This document shows, in pieces, positions 58,332 through 64,000 of a stretch of 64,000 nt of DNA (its first letter is position 1; the number at the start of each line of letters is the position of its first letter). This DNA comes from a virus (lineage: Duplodnaviria; Caudoviricetes). A program made the position numbers and the translations under genes. Under the pieces are notes generated by a model. That model was not told where the DNA came from. It saw only the letters and a list, made by a program, of their open reading frames with translations, and searched no databases. The stretch lies in IMG/VR virus record IMGVR_UViG_3300050034_000334, one strand, 5' to 3'.

Positions 58332-58558
58332 CTCTCAAGATCCCGAGAACGGGAGACGTTGTGTTCCGCATGCTCGCCGGGGAGATTGAACTGCCCCTGG
58401 TTGTCCACGTTGTTCGTGATGGCAAAGTGATCTGCGGTTCCTGGGAATTTGATCTCGCCACTGGTGCTGAGATCGATGACATGTTGGACTGGGGTCCTCC
58501 GCCCATGCAGACCGGGAGTTTCCTCCGGTTGAAAAACGGAGAAATCGAAGTTAGGTAG
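58328..58558 (+). CDS. hypothetical protein
   Basis: Coupled; 76 aa. Confidence 0.5.
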   Translation: MTLKIPRTGDVVFRMLAGEIELPLVVHVVRDGKVICGSWEFDLATGAEIDDMLDWGPPPMQTGSFLRLKNGEIEVR

Positions 58559-58570
58559 AAGGAGAACCAA

Positions 58571-59056
58571 ATGGCAAAAGACAAGGAAAACAAGGATTCA
58601 AATACTCGGCGGTGTTGTGCAACTGTCGCTGCGGCTCACTATCTGCACGGTCGGTTGGAACAGCAGATCGAGAGCTTTGCTTCACAGTACGATCTTCCCT
58701 CTGATGAACTCGTTTCCAGAGTGGGACTGTTGCTGGCCGGTGATTTCTTGGCAGAGCACACGGTTGCCCTCCATCGGGTGGATCTGGAAGAGGAACTTCA
58801 ACAGAAGGCGGCAGAGGCTTTCCAGGAATTCTTCCAGTCGCAGCATGCTGCGAAGAAGGTAGCCAAGAAGGCGGCCAAGAAGGAAGAGAAGGCAGCCAAG
58901 AAGCCTCATCTCGTCGCCAAGACCAAGGCAAGCTCCAGCGCTGGCAACAAGGACTACTGGGCCAAGTTGTCTCCCTTGCAGCGCAAGCGCGAAGTGGCTC
59001 GCCGCAAGAAGGTCTCGGTGGCCAAGAAGGCAGCGGCGGTCAAGGCAGCAGCCTAG
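58571..59056 (+). CDS. histone H1-like Lys/Ala-rich DNA-binding protein
   Basis: AAKKVAKKAAKKEEKAAKK repeats; YWAKLSPLQRKREVARR; AAGGAG SD. Confidence 0.6.
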   Translation: MAKDKENKDSNTRRCCATVAAAHYLHGRLEQQIESFASQYDLPSDELVSRVGLLLAGDFLAEHTVALHRVDLEEELQQKAAEAFQEFFQSQHAAKKVAKKAAKKEEKAAKKPHLVAKTKASSSAGNKDYWAKLSPLQRKREVARRKKVSVAKKAAAVKAAA

Positions 59057-59086
59057 TTCCTGTTCGTTCGATAGGCTGAGTGCGAA

Positions 59087-59344
59087 GTGTGCTCAGCCGT
59101 CGACACCAGAAAGGATCCTGTGATTACAGTAACTCCAAGTCAAAGTTCAACTCCACCCGATGAACAATGGGCTCAGGAAGTCTGTCTTATGGGTCGAGGA
59201 TCCAGCTGTTGCAGTTTTCTTGGCAACAATGGTCACTGGGCATGCATGAAGAAGACAGAACTCGCCTTTTCCATAAATGAACGTCGTAGACTCCATACGA
59301 TTGGCGCCATGGGCGACAACTGTGAAGGAAGATCCTTAGAGTAA
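59087..59344 (+). CDS. small Cys-rich hypothetical protein
   Basis: C..G.G..CC...C...C pattern; stop abuts the convergent gene. Confidence 0.45.
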   Translation: MCSAVDTRKDPVITVTPSQSSTPPDEQWAQEVCLMGRGSSCCSFLGNNGHWACMKKTELAFSINERRRLHTIGAMGDNCEGRSLE

Positions 59345-60814
59345 TCAGTTCGGCTTCTTCTCCTGCTTGAACTCATGTTCAAACATCTCTTTGGAGATAT
59401 CAGCGTCGAGCTGATTGGCTCCTCTCTGAATTGTGGGAAGTAGTGCTTTGAACTCTGGGTCAGTGATCACAGCCTGATTCTTTTCCTCGACCGTCTCTTC
59501 AATCGAAGACAGATGGTCTTCGGGGATATACTGCTCACACTCCTGCAGAATCTTCGTGAAGTCATCCATGTCCATGGGATAGTCCGGCTCGGCAAAGATA
59601 GGCTTCAACCTATCCACAATCGGCTGCCACCCTTCCCGCTCAGCATCGGTGTAGAGCAAGTAGAGCGATTGCTTGAGAGGGTTGTGGAGGATCTCATTGA
59701 TGAGCACCTGCTCCGCTGTCAGCTCGATCTCTACCTCTGGGTCAGTGTATCTCGTGATGGGTTGAACCCTGCCGGCCTTAAGATCCTTGCAGTGATTCGA
59801 TGATTCCAACTCCAACTTACGCAGTTGTTGACCCTGTCTTATTTCAAAATTCTCAGAGGCACAGTTGATCAGGTATCCGTTGATCTTCAGACAGAGATCC
59901 ATCACGTCATCTGGCCAGCTGCTGGAGTAGATGAGTTGTAAGAGACCGTCCATCTCAAGATCAGTCAGCTTGACGTTCTTGCCCAGATTGATGTTGGCGA
60001 ATCTGAGAGATTCGCGAATTGCAGGAGTGTCAAGAATCTTGGCCGCCGTGCAGCGCAGCGTGGCTCTCTGACTGAGAGCCTTCTCGAGTAGATCAATTTC
60101 CAACCAGACCTGCTTGGTCTCAGGGTCCTGACGCTGGGCATCTTCCACCACATCCCCGGTATCCAGCAGCACCCACTCCTGAACATTGGCCACAGTTGAG
60201 TAGTCATAGACCAGGCCCACAAGATCGGCTTTCATTGCCTTGAACAGAATGTTTGCCAGGAGATTGGGAGAGAACGGACCCTCCTTGGGCTTATTCATGT
60301 TCTCCGGAATCCAGTAGTTGGGACACTCCTGCCTGATGAGGTCCCAGATATACTCGTCCGACTGCTTGTACAGATCCCGGGGATGAACAAACTTGTCCTG
60401 GGTGTTGCTGGTGGCCTTCTGAAGAACCTCTCCGAAGTGACGTCCCTCTGCGATCATCTCGCTGTACTGCTCAAGATCCGCAATGGTTGACTCAGCCACC
60501 CCGGTGTCGCTGATGTACTGCTTGCCCAGACGAGTGTCTCCGCCGAACAAAGCCCTGCGATGGGAGACAAAAGCAAGTTCGACTTGTAGGAATCTGGGAT
60601 CATGAACCATATTCCAAGACGGTCCCAGGGTCTCACAATATCCCTTCTCCCCGAAGACGATGCCGTGAATGATCTTGGCATATTCGAACTCTTCCTTGGC
60701 GACTACCTCATCCTCATGGAAAAGATATACACGTTTTCCATCATCCAAGAGACCCAGCAAGTTCCGAACTAATCTGTCCACAAAAGATACCGTCCTAACT
60801 TTGTTTGACTTCAA
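59345..60814 (-). CDS. large acidic hypothetical protein
   Basis: 489-aa ORF with biased codons; no recognisable motif. Confidence 0.7.
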   Translation of the reverse strand: MKSNKVRTVSFVDRLVRNLLGLLDDGKRVYLFHEDEVVAKEEFEYAKIIHGIVFGEKGYCETLGPSWNMVHDPRFLQVELAFVSHRRALFGGDTRLGKQYISDTGVAESTIADLEQYSEMIAEGRHFGEVLQKATSNTQDKFVHPRDLYKQSDEYIWDLIRQECPNYWIPENMNKPKEGPFSPNLLANILFKAMKADLVGLVYDYSTVANVQEWVLLDTGDVVEDAQRQDPETKQVWLEIDLLEKALSQRATLRCTAAKILDTPAIRESLRFANINLGKNVKLTDLEMDGLLQLIYSSSWPDDVMDLCLKINGYLINCASENFEIRQGQQLRKLELESSNHCKDLKAGRVQPITRYTDPEVEIELTAEQVLINEILHNPLKQSLYLLYTDAEREGWQPIVDRLKPIFAEPDYPMDMDDFTKILQECEQYIPEDHLSSIEETVEEKNQAVITDPEFKALLPTIQRGANQLDADISKEMFEHEFKQEKKPN

Positions 60815-60888
60815 GATCCTAGGCAGAACCTGCCTTCGGTTCTATTTCATGATACTCGCAAAATCCGCTTTCCAAAAGGAGATTGCCT

Positions 60889-61401
60889 ATGAATCTGGTT
60901 CACGTCAACACCTCAACCTTCATCTCACCCAGTTTGTTCGAGGATAAGAATGCATTCTATGGCAATAACTGGTACAAAGCCACCACCGTAAGCAATAGCA
61001 ACTATTTTCTCCAGGGAACTACGGTGGCCAATACCACTAAGGTTTACTTTGGCTTGAGGAATCGTGTCAACAATGTTCCAACAATTGTATCAGGAGGCAA
61101 TCCTTGGAATTGCGTATTTGTAAACAGTAACTATGATGGCTGTGCTGTAGACTCAGCAGGAGTGCTTGATGTTACCGCTACAGTCTCTATTCCACGAGGA
61201 GCTACTTCGTTGGCGGTAGTGTTTCCGCGCACAATGGCAGCAGTACCAAATAACATAAATATCTCCAATCCTAATGCAACTTGGCAACCTTCCTTTTCGT
61301 ACGGGAATGTAACAATCACTGGAATGACTATATATTTCAGTGTTGCTGCACCGTCTGCCCTTCATGTACTGTACGAGGCTGAAGTTTCACAGAACTCATA
61401 A
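60889..61401 (+). CDS. tail-fibre-associated/virion beta protein
   Basis: ATG 60889 after AAGGAG; Asn/Thr-rich; C-terminal VSIPRG..LAVVFP.TM..VP...ITGMTIY resembles fibre tip domains. Confidence 0.5.
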   Translation: MNLVHVNTSTFISPSLFEDKNAFYGNNWYKATTVSNSNYFLQGTTVANTTKVYFGLRNRVNNVPTIVSGGNPWNCVFVNSNYDGCAVDSAGVLDVTATVSIPRGATSLAVVFPRTMAAVPNNINISNPNATWQPSFSYGNVTITGMTIYFSVAAPSALHVLYEAEVSQNS

Positions 61402-61649
61402 TGACCCAAGACCAGCTTGCTCTCATCACGGCAAACACATTCCAGTGGCAGCAAGCTGTTGACTTCGTCCCGGATGGGTTGGCTCGGCAAATCGCCAGCG
61501 GTTACAGAAACATTCCAACTTGGGACTGTGAAAGAGTTCTGGACAGCCTGGTCGCTTTGGGAGTGCTTGAACAACAGGCCTGTGATCCTGGTACACCCTA
61601 CTGGATGAGATACTTTCGCTTGACTCAGAACTTTGCGTTCCCACTGTAG
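61401..61649 (+). CDS. hypothetical protein (track strand is wrong)
   Basis: ATG ACC CAA GAC reads on + at 61401 (TAATG overlap with the upstream stop); TAG at 61647-61649. Confidence 0.55.
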   Translation: MTQDQLALITANTFQWQQAVDFVPDGLARQIASGYRNIPTWDCERVLDSLVALGVLEQQACDPGTPYWMRYFRLTQNFAFPL

Positions 61650-61661
61650 GGGAAGCCACCT

Positions 61662-62174
61662 ATGAAGGTCTGTGTTTTCAACACCACGAACAACCTCATT
61701 CAGCCGGTCGATATTGCGTCGAGTGGTCTCACTCTGGCCAATGTGGATGTAACTTCCTCTGTTGGAAATTTCACAGTGGCTCATGGTCTCATTCAAACCC
61801 CGTCAGCAGTTGTGCTTCAGATGACTTCTAGCGGAGATATTTGGTTTCAAGATACTCCATTCGATGCCACTTATCTCTATCTGGACGCTGCGGTTGCTGG
61901 TCTAACAGCGATCGCTGCTTGTTTCCTTGGTGGAGGATTACTAACAACCTCCGTTCTTCCATTCACTCAACTTCCAGCAGTAATCGCAGTTCCAGACGGG
62001 GGAACTTCCTACCTGCTACCCACCATTCCAGGCTATCCTGCTGCTTCGTTCTACTTCGTCAACGGCATCAAGAGGCAATATGGTGTTTACTACACCATCA
62101 CTGAGGGTTTGCTCACGATATTGGCCCCATACCCACCAGAAGCGGGAGACTCACATGAAATCTACTACACCTAG
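61662..62174 (+). CDS. virion/fibre-associated two-domain beta protein
   Basis: FTVAHGLIQTPSAV domain plus a FVNG..Q....YTI...P..GD..EIYY Ig-like unit. Confidence 0.55.
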   Translation: MKVCVFNTTNNLIQPVDIASSGLTLANVDVTSSVGNFTVAHGLIQTPSAVVLQMTSSGDIWFQDTPFDATYLYLDAAVAGLTAIAACFLGGGLLTTSVLPFTQLPAVIAVPDGGTSYLLPTIPGYPAASFYFVNGIKRQYGVYYTITEGLLTILAPYPPEAGDSHEIYYT

Positions 62175-64000
62175 GATTTTCTTCATCTTTGCGTGCTTCC
62201 TGGCTTTGCTTGGGGTCAATGCCTCGGCGCAGACTGTCAATCCAAAGACAGATATTCGTTGGCCAGCATCATGCACTGGTACTGCGATCTACTACAACAT
62301 CGTCACAGGACTTTGCACAATTCCTCCTTCTGGTATCACCTCTATCTCAATTGCCACATCCAATGGCTTTCAGGGTTCATCGAGCGGTGGACTGAATCCA
62401 ACTCTGACCCTGAGTGTTGATTCAACTCACGTGTTGCCAGTGAATACAGGTCTAGCAACGACCTATCTTAATGGGGCAGGCACTTACACAACGCCACCAG
62501 GAGGTGGAGGCACAGTAAATTCGATCTCAGTCGCCACATCCAACGGTTTTCAGGGATCGTCAAGTGGAGGACCAACTCCAATACTGACCTTGAGTTTGGA
62601 TTCTACCCACGTCCTACCAGTGAATACAAACCTGGCAACGACCTTCCTCAATGGTGCAGGTTTCTATACAACACCTCCAGGCACTCCGTTACCTGCTACC
62701 GTGATGCAGACGAATCAGAATGAAACCTTCGGCACCTATCAATTCAATCTCGCCAATTCAACCTTGTTGACCCTACCACCAACTGTTACAGTGGCCGGCA
62801 AGGTCATCAATCAGCCAACCAGTTCAGGAACTTATGCACTGACAAGTCAACTGACAACACCACCGATCGTGATCAATGGTATTGATGACTCTCTTTCAGG
62901 ATGGAAGGGAGTTTGCGCTTACACAGCGACTGCCATCGGTACTTGGACCGGAATCACGAACACGATCACTGTCAGCAGCGTGGCTGGAACCATCGTAGGA
63001 GGTGGGTCTCAGGCGGTATGGGATGGCGGACACAGTGCTGTCAGTGCTGCAGTAGTCAGCATCGTCGGTAGCACTGTTGTTCTGACCACCAACACCCTCT
63101 CTTCGCAGCCTGGAGGAATTCAGTTGTATTTTGGCTGCAATCCTGGTGGTGACAATGTTCCAGGAGCTACTGCTCAGACTGTTGGTAACCCGACACCGTC
63201 TATAGATGGTGCCTCCATGCTGGTCTCGTTGACCACACTTCCTGTATCCACCCAGACCAACGCTCTGTGGGTATACGAAGCTGGAGCTTGCGACTCTTGC
63301 ACCAATGTAACCTCAGATTTTGAGATCTACATCAACAATGGAGCGGCTGCTGACAACATGGAGTTTGATTCGTTCATCTTTGACCATACGGATCTGCTTG
63401 ACTTCATGTGGGGCACACAGTGTAACCAGACGCTCGGAGTTTGGCAATATGCCAACAACAGCAGTCCCTGGCAGTCCACGACCGCTGCTTGCAACCTGAC
63501 CTCTGGAACATGGCATCACATTATTGAAACCTTCCACCGCGTTCCAGGAGACACAAGTTGCGGAGGAATGCCCTGCGAGTATTGGGATGACATTACGGTT
63601 GATGGAGTTGTGAACCACATCAATGCAACCTACACAGCAACAAATCTTTACACCAACTGGGCATCAGGATCTGGATTGCAGTTCCAGATCGATATCCCAG
63701 CATCAACAGGAACTGCAATCACTGTTTCTGAGAATCTTGATCAAATCCTCTTTCAGGAATCTCCCACTGCAGGCTACTGTCAGATCGCTGGCTGCACGAT
63801 GTCTGGACCGTTCCTTGTTCCGACCATCAATGGCCTGAGCGTGACCAACATTGGTATCGGAGCCGGATCTGTGAACCTTGGTGGTTCTCTGACCGCCTTC
63901 TCATCTGGCACTGGCAACTTGGCAGTCGGACCTGGAGTTCTCAATTCAAACACCACCGGCAGCAACAACGTGGGTGTTGGCCAGGGTGCTCTGTATGTCA
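62155..64000 (+). CDS. signal-peptide-bearing fibre/lectin-like protein (3' partial, not in track)
   Basis: Translated by hand: open from ATG 62155 to the window end (>615 aa). MKSTTPR-IFFIFACFLALLGV-NASA/Q Sec signal; tandem 60-aa repeat; Cys-rich ConA-like domain; GNLAVG..VL.SNTTGSNNVGVG repeat. Confidence 0.8.
   Translation, partial: MKSTTPRIFFIFACFLALLGVNASAQTVNPKTDIRWPASCTGTAIYYNIVTGLCTIPPSGITSISIATSNGFQGSSSGGLNPTLTLSVDSTHVLPVNTGLATTYLNGAGTYTTPPGGGGTVNSISVATSNGFQGSSSGGPTPILTLSLDSTHVLPVNTNLATTFLNGAGFYTTPPGTPLPATVMQTNQNETFGTYQFNLANSTLLTLPPTVTVAGKVINQPTSSGTYALTSQLTTPPIVINGIDDSLSGWKGVCAYTATAIGTWTGITNTITVSSVAGTIVGGGSQAVWDGGHSAVSAAVVSIVGSTVVLTTNTLSSQPGGIQLYFGCNPGGDNVPGATAQTVGNPTPSIDGASMLVSLTTLPVSTQTNALWVYEAGACDSCTNVTSDFEIYINNGAAADNMEFDSFIFDHTDLLDFMWGTQCNQTLGVWQYANNSSPWQSTTAACNLTSGTWHHIIETFHRVPGDTSCGGMPCEYWDDITVDGVVNHINATYTATNLYTNWASGSGLQFQIDIPASTGTAITVSENLDQILFQESPTAGYCQIAGCTMSGPFLVPTINGLSVTNIGIGAGSVNLGGSLTAFSSGTGNLAVGPGVLNSNTTGSNNVGVGQGALYV
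62335..62682 (+). repeat. two-copy intragenic tandem repeat, period 180 bp
   Basis: 62335-62502 and 62515-62682 both encode SISxATSNGFQGSSSGG..P.LTLS.DSTHVLPVNT.LATT.LNGAG.YTTPPG. Confidence 0.9.

Noticed and set aside
21119-60222. Long antisense or alternative-frame ORFs (for example 21119..21721, 28142..28681, 30332..31132, 44943..45545, 49742..50374, 59513..59803)
   Set aside because: They shadow well-supported genes with strong codon bias and show no motifs or SD sites.
60821-60843. Two mutually exclusive hairpins (AGGCA/TGCCT versus AGAACC/GGTTCT) as an RNA switch
   Set aside because: Stems of only 5-6 bp; too weak to support without conservation data.
61212-61223. RfaH ops-like GGCGGTAG site as the NusG-paralog target
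   Set aside because: Single copy, inside a coding region, lacks the downstream TG; compatible with chance.
61401-61649. ORF track label of minus strand
   Set aside because: ATG ACC CAA GAC is on the + strand at 61401 and ends at TAG 61647-61649.
62335-62682. Diversity-generating retroelement TR/VR pair
   Set aside because: Both copies are adjacent in one ORF, differences are not adenine-specific, and no reverse transcriptase is present.
1-64000. tRNA/rRNA genes, CRISPR arrays, inteins, alternative genetic code
   Set aside because: No cloverleaf/T-loop signatures or spaced repeats seen by eye; intergenic gaps are small; DnaX, primase and capsid genes lack intein-type inserts; long ORFs are intact under the standard code. 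tRNAscan-SE would be the decisive check.

Overview
All 64 kb reads as part of a large lytic myovirus genome (dsDNA, contractile tail, standard genetic code). Positions 0.7-36 kb carry a plus-strand virion operon: tail-chaperone-like genes, tape measure, SLT-fused tube initiator, hub, spike, sheath, tube, prohead protease, scaffold, decoration protein, major capsid protein and an Asp-box/PKD/FN3 protein. The capsid protein resembles, from my recall, the mycobacteriophage Bxz1-type family. Positions 36-51 kb hold bacterial-style replication/repair genes (beta-clamp-like, C-terminal half of SbcC/Rad50, TOPRIM primase, RdgC-like, 5'-3' exonuclease, DnaX; DnaC is at the window start) and a NusG paralog. 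Positions 51-60 kb are small accessory genes (GNAT, SLOG, NADAR, pseudo-hydrolase, receiver-like, histone-like). Positions 60.9-64 kb start a fibre-like cluster. Ten free-standing homing endonucleases (6 GIY-YIG-type, 3 HNH, 1 PD-(D/E)xK) are wedged between genes. Most notable: a CBM5/12-like sugar-binding module inserted in the major capsid protein; a fibre/lectin-like protein with a Sec signal peptide (missing from the ORF track because it runs off the window); a NusG paralog with a long extension; a recurring K-x-A motif in head proteins; a recurring AGTAT(T/C)A upstream motif; and a gene broken by two -1 frameshifts at homopolymer runs. Several genes hint at an Acidobacteriota host (recall only). 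The ORF track gives the wrong strand for 37888..38514 and 61401..61649 (both are +). I saw no tRNA, rRNA, CRISPR array, intron, intein, terminase or portal. All family calls come from motif recognition by eye, not database searches.
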